DNA of 64,000 nucleotides. Origin: Eledone cirrhosa (lineage: Eukaryota). This document shows, piece by piece, positions 24,334 through 40,190 of this stretch; position 1 is the first letter of the stretch, and every line of letters starts with the position of its first letter. Below the pieces are notes generated by a model that saw only the letters and a program-made list of their open reading frames with translations, did not search any database and had not been told where the DNA came from. A program made the position numbers and the translations under genes. Location of the stretch: positions 96,348,001-96,412,000 of the forward strand of contig OZ024745.1 in assembly GCA_964016885.1 (NCBI GenBank). Direction: 5' to 3'.

Positions 24334-25277
24334 TTTATATATATATAAATACCCATCTATGTTTTCTATCCCATTTTCACCTTGTTTCAACGGACTACTA
24401 TTGTGGTTAGTTTAATTTTCATGGAAGCGTGGCTTTTTCCTGTTGCCGCCGTCGCCGTGGTGGGGTCATCGCTGGTCTTGTTGTTGTTATTGGTGTTACC
24501 AATGGCTTAATACTGACATACGAACGGAGTGGGTGATGGGCGGTGTTGGTCTTTGTTGTCGTTGTCATTGTTGTTGTTACTGTTTATGGTCATGGTGATT
24601 GATACCACCAACTCTGTGTGCCCACCTACCTCTAAACTCCTTTTTATTGCTTTGGCGCTATCGCTGTTTACGGTCAACAGGGTGGTACCGTCACTGCGAC
24701 GACTACGACTTGTATACACGACGCTGGTCTGTGGTTTTGCTGTTGTTGTCGTTTGTTGCTGTTGTCGTTGTAAGTGTTTTTACTGTAGCTGTTGTTTTAG
24801 TTGTTATTGTCAATAGGGTGATGCTATCAGCACGACTATTGCGACCAGTGTGGATAACTTTGGTCGGCGGTTTGATGTTATTGTCATTGTTGTTGTTGTA
24901 GTTGTCGTTGTCGTTATTGTTGTTGTCTATAGGTGAACGTCAACTAAATGTATACCCACCTCAGAACTCCTTGTGTTCCTTCAACTGTCTACTGGGTTTT
25001 GGTTGCACACGGTTCTTCGTTTTTTTCGTCTTTTTTCGTTGATAGGTTTTTCTAACAAACGCGACGGCTGGCAAACCCTTCAAGGAACTCATATGTATGC
25101 TGGGCGCACAGGCATTAGGATGTGTGTTTTCCTGCCAGCGGCATATCAAATATATCGATCTTTATCTGAGGAAACCGTTGTCATAATCAACAGCAAATGC
25201 ATGAAGGACATCTCGATTGCATGGAGAACCGTAGAAATAATTATTATGATTAAACGATATATGTAACCTCAGCATCT

Positions 25278-25319
<42 letters not shown>

Positions 25320-25481
25320 GTAAGTATGTATGTATACGTACATACATATATGTATACAGACGTACAGTAGCATGTATATATATATATATATATACATACA
25401 GGCACACATATGCACGTATCAGTTTACCGAACATTTATTATAATGTTCGCTTTGTTCGTTTGTAAACAAACGGACAGCCTG

Positions 25482-25529
<48 letters not shown>

Positions 25530-25691
25530 TAAGTATGTTTTGAAACAGTCAGCAGGTTTGAAATTAGAAAATAGAATTGCTTTCACCGTATTTTTGACTA
25601 AAGAAATGTTAGCCTGATAATGGGGTTTAGAACCCTCAGATAAATGGAAAAAGATGAATATTGATGTACATATACAAAATACAGTGAAAGC

Positions 25692-25764
<73 letters not shown>

Positions 25765-25902
25765 GTTGTAAAAAGAGCAATGGCCTTTGACCTGGCAATA
25801 AAAACTGGAGATAAATTCTTTCTGTACCAAAACCAAGGCACACACAGACAAGTTTGTGTGTGTGTATGTATGTGTGCGTGTGTGTGGGCGTGCGTGCGCG
25901 TT

Positions 25903-25943
<41 letters not shown>

Positions 25944-26259
25944 ATATATCTATGTATATATATATAAGGGATACAGATATGGCTTTCTGACTTTCTCCAA
26001 TCTTCTCAATTCATTCGCTGCTACTAAGTATTTTATTTTGCTACGAGGTATTTTATTTTACAAGGTACTATTTTCCCCCTGAGTTTGTGATTTCAGAGAA
26101 AGGTAAGAAATTCTTCATATTTTACATCTTTTCTATTTTGACTTTACAGTTTGAATTGTAGAATTGTCTATCCACTCAAAATATTACAACAGCTAACAGT
26201 GAAATATAGAATTTAAAAAAAAAAAACTTTTTCAACTGATATCAAATCTTTTTTTTTTT

Positions 26260-26488
26260 TTTTTAAATTTATAATTTGAAATAGCTTGCTTTTGTTTTGG
26301 ACAGAAACTTTTTTGTATTTAATTCGTGCGAGTATTTTTTAAAGATTCTAACATAACTTGATTTGGCCCAGTAATCTACTGATATCAAAATCAGTAGTAT
26401 ATTGACAAATGGAAAAATAGGGTAGGGGCGTTTCGTGATTTCGAGGGGCAAAAGGGTGCGTTTGGCCGAAATGGGTTGAGAACCTTTG
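26260..26488 (-). mobile_element. hAT-like DNA transposon end
   Basis: Minus strand starts CAAAGGTTCTCAACC, a Charlie-type TIR. Confidence 0.45.
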
Positions 26489-27149
26489 ATTTAGAGTATA
26501 AAATGTAACTGCCGAGTGTATGTACGAAGGTTGCCATGAAAAAAACAAAACAACTATATTGTTTCTGAACACAGCTAAAATTGATTATACGCGCAGTGAT
26601 TACAAAGATTAAACTTTATATACAGGTTACTTACTATGAATGTATTGTATAAACTACAAGCTAACTACACAGAAGAATGCCATTTAGTTATGGTAAAAAC
26701 AACAGAAAAAATGAAGAATAAATATAAATGGAATTCCAAAATCTATCGAAGATAAAATGAAAAGAAAAACCACTCTTTGACTAATACAAAGTCATACTCC
26801 ACCGAGAAGCTGTAAGCCAGAAAGAAAGGCAACAATGTTTTTTGCTGTTGAAGATCAATACCTCGTCGCTAATATTTAGGAAAATAGAATAATGGATAAT
26901 TATGCAATCAATACAATTGACCACATTATTTCCTCGCCATTTCAATGTATGTTTACAGACGCGATCGAATCGGTAGCTATGTCGATACCTCAGCATGAAA
27001 ACGGATATAATGTTGTATAAACATGTACTAAACATGGTACGTAGCAACGAACTGGTTTCAATCAACTGGGATATACCTGTCCAGACAGACAAAGAAATCC
27101 CTGCAAACTGTCCAAATATAATAACGTCTGTATGATAGCCTGCGCATTG

Positions 27150-27745
27150 GCATTTCCCTGAGGCTTGGCCTCCGGATCTGCGAGCCACATAAGTGTCACT
27201 GTGGATCCACCGTGGACCCTTTCAGCCTCCATCCGCTTTCCTGTCGCCACAGTGCCGGCCGCCTTCCACGCCATGCTACCCTCAACGAGGTCATAAAGCA
27301 TGGCTTGGATGCTGCAGGCTTCTCCTCTCAGCTCGAGCCGGTGGGGCTGGACCGGAGGGACGGCAAAATGCCAGACGGTATGACAATCTTCCCGTTCCGC
27401 GGTGGCAAACCCCTCGTCTGTGATGCCACTTGCAGCGACACTTTCTCCAGCCGCAACCTGCTGCCCATCGGGCTGAGGAGGCAAAACTCTCCAAGTACCG
27501 GTCTCTCTTCGACTGGTTTGCGGTCGGACCTTGGCAGTGGAGACTTCTGGTGACCTTGGCCCTAGGGCTACCTCCCTTCTCACCACCGTAGGCGCTGAGC
27601 TGGTCACCCGCAGGTATGAGCCTCGCGTGGTGGAATGGCTCTTCCAGCGCATCTCCCTTACCATCCTTCGGGGAAACGCCTTCTCCATTCTGTCTGCTGG
27701 CGCTGTGGGGAGGCCAGCCCGTGGGACTCCATTTGCTCACCATAT
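27150..27745 (+). mobile_element. CRE-like 3' fragment, third copy
   Basis: [28 protein letters not shown]..; AVETSG..QRISLTILRGNA. Confidence 0.85.
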
Positions 27746-27974
27746 AGAGAGATGGGGAGGGCGATAGAGATGGAGGCGGTGACAGTGGGAGTTCGGTTCT
27801 TCCACGTTCGGATCATATCCTTGTGGTTGTGTTCATTATTTGTAGCAATTTCTGCCTTTATGAATGTAGATATTGTAATGAAGAAACCTCACTAGTTATT
27901 TAGGTGTTAAATGAAGCTTCCTTCTAATATCACGAATGTTACGAACTTCTAAAGTGGGAATACCTTTAAGAGAT

Positions 27975-28215
27975 ATCTCGAATAATGAACAAAAAAATCT
28001 GTCCTTGAAAATATGTTTCGATCCCTTTTAACGACAGCATCACTGGAAAGTAAGCCGAGAACTGTTAAAGTACAAAGATGTCAAAATTGAAATAAACAGG
28101 ATGTGGGATATGAAAGCAAAAATAATATCAATAATAATTGGAACATTTATTATAATAACCATAAACGGAAAAAACAACAAATTGGCAGAATGATTTGATC
28201 GCACATAGACAGATA
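27975..28215 (+). pseudogene. Old R4/Dong-type RLE C-terminal remnant
   Basis: LKYKDVKIEINRMWDMKAKIISIIIGT resembles 'KYKDL.IEI.RMW....IP.IIG'. Confidence 0.6.
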
Positions 28216-28220
28216 TTAGA

Positions 28221-28534
<314 letters not shown>

Positions 28535-28810
28535 AGGGCCCTCAAGTATGTCTTCCACCAGCTCCTGTCAGAAGCAACCGTCTCCAATTGATCCGGCTAG
28601 ATCCCCAAGGGAAACCAACTGAGCTCATGGATGCTATCCAACCATCTTGCGTGGGGTCTACCGCTGGCTCTTTTGCGAGTTGGTTTTGCCTGTAAAATCT
28701 GTTCAACGATTTTTCCTGACTACATGACCGTAGTATCAGAGCAGTGGTCTCTCCGGAAGAGCCTCATTTTCGCCGCTTGTATTCATGATCGTATTCTTCT
28801 GGTCATTATA
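28535..28810 (-). mobile_element. RTE-clade LINE 3' fragment
   Basis: EQILQAKPTRKRASGRPHARWLDSIHELSW..LGI..QLETVASDRSWWK runs straight into the (GAA)n tail. Confidence 0.75.
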
Positions 28811-30134
28811 TAAAATCTATGACCGTAGGTTAGGGTTAGCATGAACATTGAGATGTTAGAATGAAGGGCTAAATGTACTGAGGTAGTCTTTATGTTTCTT
28901 TGAGCTTTAAGTTCAAATCCTGCTGATACCAACTTTGGATATTATCTTTCTAAGGTCTATAAAATAAAGTAGCAGTCTAGGACGAACGATTGACAGAATT
29001 GTTAGAACATTAGACAAGATATCTTATATTTTTTCGGTTCTTTGCGTTCTGAGTTCTTTGCTAGTAGACTTAAATTCACCTCCCAATTTAACATAGTCAC
29101 TTTGTGGTTGGGTAATTTTAGTGGAGTTTATGCTCTTGCAAGCATTCGGACCATGTCCCCGTATTCTGGTTTGAAGATGGTTTCCTCTGTTTGTCTCTGA
29201 GGCTCTGAAAAAAAAGAAAGTGCCATGAACACTGCCATTCCGTCTCCGACTATGCAGTAAACAAACAAGTGTCACAATTTAATGCACTGTAAAAACGCCA
29301 CTGCGCTGTACAGAGCACATCCTACGTAAGACACTTCTGATTCAATTATACAAAGCAAACAGTACAGCTTCTACACACAACACAACATATACAATAACCA
29401 CCCAATAAAATAACAACTCACACAACATCCTGTACAGAATCACTACCAAACAATACAATACAACACATAGTCTACACATTCACCGCTTCATATTAAAACA
29501 AACAATACAACACACAACGTACAAAACATTAAAATAACAGCAGAAACAACAAACCAAATCCCAAAGCAATGCTACAAACACATTAGGAACACGGATCTGT
29601 ACGTGGTAATGCAGTAGAAGCTTGCATAATAGTAGAAAACATAATGAATAAATAACAACTATGTAATAATAAATATTAATTTCTTTAATTTTTAATAACG
29701 GATTCCAGCATAAAGCATATGCCTTGAAGATTTACGAGAGGGCATAATCGATTATATTGATCCCCCTATTTCACTGGTATTTATTTTGTTCACCACAAAT
29801 GGGTGAACGTCAAAGTTGACCTCAAGGCACGAAACTAACTGGAGCAGAGTAATAACAGCATAAAAAAACACATACACACATAAAAAACAACGTAAAACAA
29901 ACAAAAAAGGAACACACAAAAAAAGAAACAAAGCATTATTTTTGATTATATTAATATTTTTTTATATTTGTAACTGATTTGCTGAATACACGTCTTGTAT
30001 GATTGTTAAACAACTTTATAATTGGTTTATAGTAACGGCTCATCAGTTTAGCGTAAACAGGATATGTATTAATTTGCTGGAGGTAAGGAAATGGAAGTGT
30101 TAACTGAGATTCCGGCAAGGCTTACAGAATAATG

Positions 30135-30546
30135 ATGGTATTATTGTTATGTTGTTAGTGTTTCTGTTGTTAGTGTTGCTGTTGTTATAGTTGTTACTGT
30201 TGTTACAGCTATTGCTGTTGTTAGTGTTGCTGTTGTTATAGTTGTTACTGTTGTTACAGCTATGGCTGTTGTTAGTGTTGCTGTTGTTACAGTTGTTGCT
30301 GTTGTTACAGCTATGGCTGTTGTTACAGTTGTTGCTCTTGTTACTGTTGATGTTGCATCTGTTGTTAGTGTTGCTGTTGTTATAGTTGTTACTGTTGTTA
30401 CTGTTGATGTTGTTACAGCTATGGCTGTTGTTAGTGTTGTTATAGTTGTTACAGTTGTTGCTGTTGTTAGTGTTGATGTTGTTACAGTTGTTGCTGTTGT
30501 TAGTGTTGCTGTTGTTACAGTTGTTGCTGTTGTTATTGTGGTTGTA
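30135..30546. repeat. Degenerate (GTT)n-based minisatellite
   Basis: Direct inspection. Confidence 0.9.
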
Positions 30547-30617
30547 AACAGTCATATAGAATAAAAACTGAAAAATATTAAAGTGTAAGAATCATCGAGA
30601 TGATATATTGTTTTTAT

Positions 30618-30780
30618 AATAATTGTTTATAGTTTTGGCACAAGGCCAGCAATTACCTAGTGCATTACTGGTACTTCATTTTATCGACTCCGTAAGGATG
30701 AAAGGCAAAGTTAACCTCGGCAGGATTTGAACTAAGACCGTAAAGGGACGTAACTCTTTGCTGCAAAGCATGGCGTCCGA
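30618..30780 (-). mobile_element. SINE-A copy
   Basis: GGCACAAGGCCAGC...GGATTTGAACT...GCATGGCGTCCGA. Confidence 0.85.
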
Positions 30781-31044
30781 AATGCAGATAAGTTGGTATC
30801 TTGTAATTTAGAACAACAGTGTTGTTGTTTTGCCCGAAATCTATCCTGATCAAGCACTCTTAGACTCAAAGTCAGCTTAGCAATGAACATCCTATCTTTT
30901 CAGAGGCACGTGAGATTGTATTTGTTTTTTGTCTATTTGAAGGTTTTGGTGTGTAACTTAAGAGATATTTGAATAATATTTCTAGAATGGTCATCTACCC
31001 CATTGAAATTATTTCTTTCGTTCATATCAACAGTGTAATAAACT

Positions 31045-34000
31045 AATAATGTGATATTTAGTCTAATATAGATTCATAAGGTATAGTGTGATATAATGTG
31101 ATGCAGTGTAATATGATATAGTATAATGTGATATAGTGTAATGTGATATAGTGTGATGTGATATACTGTAATATGATATAGTGTGATGTGATATAGTGTA
31201 AGGTGATATACTATAATGTGATACAATGTAATGTGAGATAGTGTAATGTGATATAGTGTAATGTGGTATAGTATAATGTGATATAGTGTAATGTGATATA
31301 GTGTAATATGATATAGTGTGATGTGATATAATGTAATGTGATATTATGTAATATGATATACTGTAACGTGATATAGTGTAATGTGATATAGTGTAATTTG
31401 ATATAGTGTAATATGATATAGTGTAATATGATATATTGTAAAGTGATATATTGTAATATGATATACTCTAATGTGATATATTGCGATGTGATATACTGCA
31501 ATGTGATATACTGTAATGTGATATAATGTAATGTGATATAGTGTGATGTGATATAGTGTGATGTGATATACTGTAATGTGATATAATGTAATGTGATATA
31601 GTGTAATGTGATATAGTGTGATGTGATATGGTGTAATGTGATATACTGTAATATGATATAGTTTAATATGATATAGTGTGATGTGATAGAGGATAATGTG
31701 ATATATTGTGATGTGATATAGTGTAATGTGATAGAGTGTAATATGATATAGTGTAATGTGATATAGTATAATGTGATATAGTGTAATGTGATATAGTGTA
31801 ATGTGATCTACTGTAATATGGTATAGTATAATGTGATATAGTGTAATGTGATATAGTGTAATGTGATATAGTGTAATGTGATATAGTATAATGTGATATA
31901 GTGTAATGTGATATAGTGTAATGTGATCTACAGTAATATGATATACTGTAATTTGATATAGTGTACTATGATATAGTATAATGTGATAGAGTATAATATG
32001 ATATAGTGTAATGTCATATACTGTAATGTGATATAGTGTAATATGGTATAGTGTAATTTGATATAGTGTAATGTGATATATTGTACTATGATATAGTATA
32101 ATGTGATATAGTGTAATGTGATATAGTGTAATGTGATATAGTGTAATGTGATATAGTGTAATGTGATATATTGTGATGTGATATAGTGTAATGTGATATA
32201 CTGTAATATGATATAGTGTAATATGATATAGTGTGATGTGATAGAGGATAATGTGATATATTGTGATGTGATATAGTATAATGGGATATAGTGTAATGTG
32301 ATAGAGTGTAATATGATATAGTATGATGTGATATAGTGTAATATGATATAATGTAATGTGATATAGTGTAATTTGATATAGTGTAATGTGATATACTGTA
32401 ATGTAATATACTGTAATGTGATGTAGTGTAATGTGATATAGTTTGGTGTGATATGCTGTAATGTGATATAGTGTAATGTGATATAGGGTAATGTGATATA
32501 GTGTAATGTGATATAGGGTAATGTGATATACTGTAATGTGATATACTGTAATGTGATATAGTGTAATGTGATATAGTGTGTTGCGATATAGTGTAATATG
32601 ATATACTGTAATATGATATAGTGTAATATGATATAGTGTAATATGATATACTGTAATGTGATATAGTGTAATGTGATATAGTGCAATGTGATATAGTGTA
32701 ATGTGATATAGTGTAATGTGATATAGTGTGATGTGATAGAGTGTAATGTGATATACTGTAATGTGATATAGAATAAAGTGATATACTGTAATGTGATATA
32801 GTGTAATATGATATAGTGTAATGTGATATACTGTAATACAATATAGTGTAATGTGATATAGTATAATATGATATAGTGTAATGTGATACACTGTAATGTT
32901 ATATAGTGTAATATGATATAGTATAATTTGATATACTGTAATGTGATATACTGTAATGTGATATAATGTAATGTGATATAGTGTAATATGATATACTGTA
33001 ATATGATATAGTGTAATGTGATATAGTGTAATTTGATATAGTGTAATGTGATATAGAGTGATGTGATATACTGTAATGTAATATACCGTAATGTGATGTC
33101 GTGTAATGTGATATAGTGTGATGCAGTATGCTGTAATGTGATATAGTGTAATGTGATATAGGGTAATGTGATATACTGTAATGTGATATACTGTAATGTG
33201 ATATACTGTAATGTGATATAGTGGTATGTGATATAGTATAATGTGATATACTGTAATGTGATATAGTGTAATGTGATATACTGTAATGTGATATACTGTA
33301 ATGTGACATACTGTAATGTGATATAGTGTAACGTGATATAGTATAATATGATATAGTATAATATGATATACTGTAATGTGATATAGTGGTATGTGATATA
33401 GTATAATGTGATATACTGTAATGTGATATAGTGTAATGTGATATACTGTAATGTGATATACTGAAATGTGACATACTGTAATGTGATATAGTGTAACGTG
33501 ATATAGTATAATATGATATAGTGTAATGTGATATAGTGTGATGTGATATACTGTAATGTGATATAATGTAATGTAATATACTGTAATGTGATATATTGTA
33601 ATGTGATATAGTGTAATGTGATATAGTGTGATGTTATATAGTGTAATATGATATAGTGTAATGTGATATAGTGTGATGTGATATAGTATAATGTGATATA
33701 CTGTAATGTGATATAGTGTAATGGGATATAGTGTAATGTGATATACTGGAATGTGATATATTATAATGTGATATACTGTAATATGATATATTGCAATATG
33801 ATATAGTATAATGTGATATACTGTAATGTGATGTACTGTAATGTGATATAGTATAATGTGATATACTGTAATGTGATATACTGTAAAGTGATATACTGTG
33901 ATGTGATATAGTATAATGTGTTATACTGTAACGTGATATACTGTAATGTGATATAGTGTAATGTGATATAGTGTAGTATGATATACTGTAATGTGAGATA

Positions 34001-37000
34001 ATGTAATGTGATATACTGTAATGTCATATACTGTAATGTGATATAGTGTAATATGATATACTGTGATGTTATATAGTGTAATGCAATATAGTGTAATGTG
34101 ATATACTCTAATATTATATATTGTGATGTGGTATAGTGTAATGTGATATACTGTAATATAATATACTGTAATGTGATATACTGTAATATAATATACTGTA
34201 ATGTGATATAGAATAATGTGATATAGTGTAATGTGATATAGTGTAATGTGATAGAGTGTAATGTGATATAGTGTAATATGATACAGTGTGATGTGATATA
34301 GTATACTGTGATATAGTGTAATGTGATATAGGGAAATCTGATGTACTGTAATGTGATATACTGTAATGTGATATAGTATAATGTGATATACTGTAATGTG
34401 ATATACTGTAATGTGATATACTGTGATGTGATATAGTATAATGTGATATACGTAATGTGATATACTGTAATGTGATTGTAATGTGATATAGTGTAATATG
34501 ATATACTGTAATGTGATATATTGTAATATGATATACTCTAATGTGATATATTGCGATGTGATATACTGCAATATGATATACTGTAATGTGATATAATGAA
34601 ATGTGATATAGTGTGATGTGATATACTGTAATGTGATATAGTGTGATGTTATATAGTGTAATGTGATATCGTGTAATATGATATATTGTAATGTGATATA
34701 TTGTAATATGATATACTCTAATGTGATATATTGCGATGTGATATACTGCAATATGATATACTGTAATGTGATATAATGAAATGTGATATAGTGTGATGTG
34801 ATATACTGTAATGTGATATAGTGTAATGTGATATAGTGTAATTTGATATAGTGTAATGTGATACATTGTAATATGGTATAGTGTAAACTGATATAGTGTA
34901 ATGTGATATAGTGTAATGTGATATAGTGTAACATGATATAGTGTGATGCGATATACTGTAATGTACTATACTGTAATGTGATATATTGTAATATGATATA
35001 CTGTAATGTGGTATAGTGTGATGTGATATAGTGTAATATGATATAGTGTAATGTGATATTGTATATTCTAATATAGTGTAATGTGATATAGTGTAATGTG
35101 ATATAGTGTAATATGATACACTGTAATGTGATATAGTGTAATGTGATATAGTGTGATGAGATATAGTATAATGTGATATACTGTAATGTGATATAGTATA
35201 ATGTGATATACTGTAATATGATATATTGTAATATGGTATAGTATAATATGATATACTGTAATGTGAGATAGTGAAATGTGATATAGCATAATGTGTCATA
35301 CTGTAATGTGATATACTGTAATGTGATATAGTATCATGTGATATATTGTAATGTGATATACTGTAATGTGATATACTGTAATGTGATATAGTATCATGTG
35401 ATATATTGTAATGTGATATACTGTAATGTGATATACTGTAATGTGATATACTGTAATGTGATATAGTGCAATGTGATATAGTGTAATATGATATACTGTA
35501 TTGTGATATAATGTAATGTGATATACTGTAATGCCATATACTGTAATGTGATATAGTGTAATATGATATACTGTAATGTGATATAGTGTAATGCGATATT
35601 GCATAATGTGATATACTGTAATATAATATACTGTAATGTGATATACTGTAATTTAATATACTGTAATGTGATATAGAATAATGTGATATAGTGTAATGTG
35701 ATATAGTGTAATGTGATAGAGTGTAATGTGATATAGTGTAATATGATACAGTGTGATGTGATATAGTATACTGTGATATACTGTAATGTGATACAGGGAA
35801 ATGAGATATACTGTAATGTGATATACTGTAATGAGATATAGTATAACGTGATATACTGTAATATGATATAGTGTAACATGATATAGTATAATGTGATATA
35901 CTGTAATGTGATATACTGTAATCTGATGTAGTATAATGTGATATACTGTAATGTGATATACTGTAATGTGATATACTGTGATGTGATATAGTATAATGTG
36001 ATATACGTAATGTGATATAGTGTAATATGATATACTGTAATGTGATATAGTGTAATATGATATAGTGTAATGTGATATTGTATATTCTGATATAGTGTAA
36101 TGTGATATAGTGTAATATGATATACTGTAATGTGATATATAGTAATGTGATATAGTGTAATGAGATATAGTGTAATATGATATACTGTAATGTGATATAG
36201 TGTAATGTGATATAGTGTGATGAGATATAGTATAATGTGATATACTGTAATGTGATATACTGTAATGTGATATAGTATAATGTGATATACTGCAATACGA
36301 TATATTATAATATGGTATAGTATAATATGATATACTGTAATGTGAGATAGTGTAATGTGATATAGCATAATGTGATATAGTGTAATGTGATATACTGTAA
36401 TGTGATATAGTATCATGTGATATATTGTAATGTGATATACTGTGATGTGATATAGTATAATGTGATATACTGTAATGTGATATACTGTAATGTGATATAG
36501 TGCAATGTGATATAGTTTAATATGATATACTGTATTGTGATATAATGTAATGTGATATACTGTAATGTCATATACTGTAATGTGATATACTGTAATATAA
36601 TATAGTGTAATGTGATATAGAATAATGTGATAAAGTGTAATGTGATATAGTGTAATGTGATAGAGTGTAATGTGATATAGTGTAATATGATACAGTGTGA
36701 TGTGATATGGTATACTGTGATATACTGTAATGTGATACAGGGAAATGAGATATACTGTAATGTGATATACTGTAATGTGATATAGTATAATGTGATATAC
36801 TGTAATATGATATAGTGTAATATGATATAGTATAATGTGATATACTGTAATGTGATATACTGTAATGTGATATAGTATAATGTGATATACTGTAATGTGA
36901 TATACTGTTATGTGATATAGTATAATGTGATATACGTAATGTGATATACTGTAACGTGATATACTGTAATGTGATATAGTGTAATGTGATATAGTGTAAT

Positions 37001-38399
37001 ATGATATAGTATAATGTGATATTGTATATTCTGATATAATGTAATGTGATATAGTGTAATATGATATACTGCAATGTGATATAGTGTAATGTGATATAGT
37101 GTAATGTTTTATTGTGTAATGTGATATAGTGTGATGAGATATAGTATAATGTGATGTACTGTAATGTGATATACTGTAATGTGATATAGTGTAATATGAT
37201 ATACTGTAATGTGATATAGTGTAATGTGATATATTATAATATTGTATAGTATAATATGATATACTGTAATGTGAGATAGTGTAATGTGATATAGCATAAT
37301 GTGATATAGTGTAATGTGATATACTGTAATGTGATATAGTATCATGTGATATATTGTAATGTGATATACTGTAATGTGATATACTGTGATGTGATATATT
37401 ATAATGTGATATACTGTAATGTTATATACTGTAATGTGATATACTGTAATGTGATATAGTGCAATGTGATATAGTGTATTATGATATACTGTATTGTGAT
37501 ATAAAGTAATGTGATATACTGTAATGTCATATACTGTAATGTGATATAGTGTAATATGATATACTTTAATGTGATATAGTGTAATGCGATATAGTATAAT
37601 GTGATATACTGTAATATGATATAGTGTGATGTGATATAGTGTAACGTGATATACTGTAATGTAATATACTGTAATGTGATATAGTGTAATGTGATGTAGT
37701 GTAATGTGGTATAGTGTAATGTGATATACTATAATGTTATATAGCGTAATGTGATATAGTGTAATATGATATAGTGTGATATGATATAGTATAATGTGAT
37801 ATAATGTAATAGATATACTGTAATGTGATATAGTGTAATGTGATATAGTGTAATTTGATATAGTGTAATATGATATAGTGTAATATGATATACTGTAATG
37901 TGATATACTGTAATCTAATATACTGTAATGTGATATAGTGTAATGTGATATATTGTGATGTGATATGCTGTAATGTGATATAGTGTAATGTGATATAGTG
38001 GAATGTGATATACTGTAATGTGATATAGTTTAATGTGATATAGTGTAATGTGATATACTCTAATGTGATATAATGTAATATGATATAGTGCAATGTGATA
38101 TACTGTAATATAATATAGTATAAAGTGTTATACTGTAATGTAATATAGTGTGATGTGATATAGTGTAATGTGATATATTGTGATGTGATATGCTGTAATG
38201 TGATATAGTGTAATGTGATATAGTGGAATGTGATATACTGTAATGTGATATAGTGTAATGTGATATAGTGTAATGTGATATACTCTAATGTGATATAATG
38301 TAATATGATATAGTGCAATGTGATATACTGTAATATGATATAGTATAAAGTGTTATACTGTAATGTAATATAGTGTGATGTGATATACTGTAACGTGAC
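31045..38399. repeat. 15-bp satellite, consensus (G/C)TGTA-ATGTG-ATATA, ~490 units, with higher-order repeats
   Basis: Phase is held over 7.3 kb with rare short deletions; variant units recur. Confidence 0.95.
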
Positions 38400-38869
38400 A
38401 GATTGTGTGCTCATATGATTATTTGATGGAACCCAAAATGATGAACTTATTCTACTCGGTGAAAGAATTAATTGACACCTATCATTGTTTCTTGGAAGAG
38501 AAATTCAATATCCATGAATAGCCATCAATAGCCATCAATTGGTGTTAAGGGCGCATTAAGGTCTTCAACCATTCGATGATTCTTTTTATTGCACTCAGCA
38601 AATCTCTAGATCGAAACAAATGGCTCCAGCGCCCTACTCCGTTTTATTCGATTACAGACCAATATAATTACAGCTCTAAGTTTATTGGAAAATGAAGTCA
38701 TCGAAATATTCGATAACATTTTTTTTAGTCATTCCTCTGATACATGACTCCAAATTGACAATTTTGTAGAGAATTGTAAGAAACTGTTCTAAAGAGAAAA
38801 TTAATTGATTTCAAAATCTCTATGTACAGTCAAGATTTTCCAGAATGAAAAGTAGACAGAAAACACCCG

Positions 38870-39612
38870 CCCAACACAAACACACTCAAACACACACACA
38901 CACGTACGCGCACACACACACACGTGCACATACAATCACACACATATTGCACACACGCACGCACACATACACCCGCGTACACACACACATACACACACAC
39001 AAATACAAACACACACACACACGCACACGCACACACACACATACAACCACACACGCCCACACACACATGCACATACATACACACACACGTACGCGTACAC
39101 ACACACGCACACATACACACACACACATATGCACACGCACGCACACATACACCCGCGTACACACACAGAAATACATACACCCACACCCACGCACACACGC
39201 ACACACACACACATACACCCGCACACGCCCACACACACACACACATGCACACACACACGCACACACACACACACGTATGCGCACACACACACCAACACAT
39301 ACATACACATACATATGCCGCACGTACACATACACCCGCGTACAGACACACATACGCACACACAAATACATACACCGACACACTCGCACACCACCACACA
39401 CATACACCCGCACACGCCCCCACACACACACACACACACTTGCACGCACACACACACACGCACACACCCAAACGTATATACACACGCAAACAAATACACA
39501 CGCGCACACACACACACACACACACAAATACATATACACCCCAGACACACACGCACACACTCACATACACACACAGACACAGACAAACATACGCATACAC
39601 AAATACACCATA
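38870..39612. repeat. Degenerate (CA)n minisatellite with recurring ACACATACACCCGC motif
   Basis: Direct inspection. Confidence 0.9.
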
Positions 39613-39750
39613 TAACAAACAAAACAGAAATATACAATACAGTCTAAAAGATAACGTTAGTTGCCAATATGTCTAGAATTTTCCACTAGATTATCATGAC
39701 TTCTATTGATTATTAAACCTATATCATAAAAATATTCTATGCATTACTTT

Positions 39751-39799
<49 letters not shown>

Positions 39800-39904
39800 A
39801 ACACACACACACAGACATATATATATATATATCTGCATATATATATATATATATGTGTATACATATAATATGTGTGTCCATATGTGTGTGTGTGTATGTA
39901 TATA

Positions 39905-39972
<68 letters not shown>

Positions 39973-39999
39973 TATGTATATACATATATAATACTTATG

Positions 40000-40031
<32 letters not shown>

Positions 40032-40157
40032 CATGTGTGTGTGCATAAGTATGTATGTATATACACACACACATCTATATATACATACATATGTGTGTGT
40101 TTGCATATGTGTGTGTATACATATGTATGTTTATGAATGTTTGTGCGCGTATATATG

Positions 40158-40190
<33 letters not shown>

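Noticed and set aside
25610-25650. CTGATAA-TGGGGTT tag AACCCT hammerhead-like start
   Set aside because: No GAAA/stem III half, and C3 with A8 is unpaired.
31211-38414. Long ORFs (up to 525 aa) of YHITL/HYITL/SHYTI repeats
   Set aside because: Translations of the 15-bp satellite; open in all three minus frames because the unit lacks stops.
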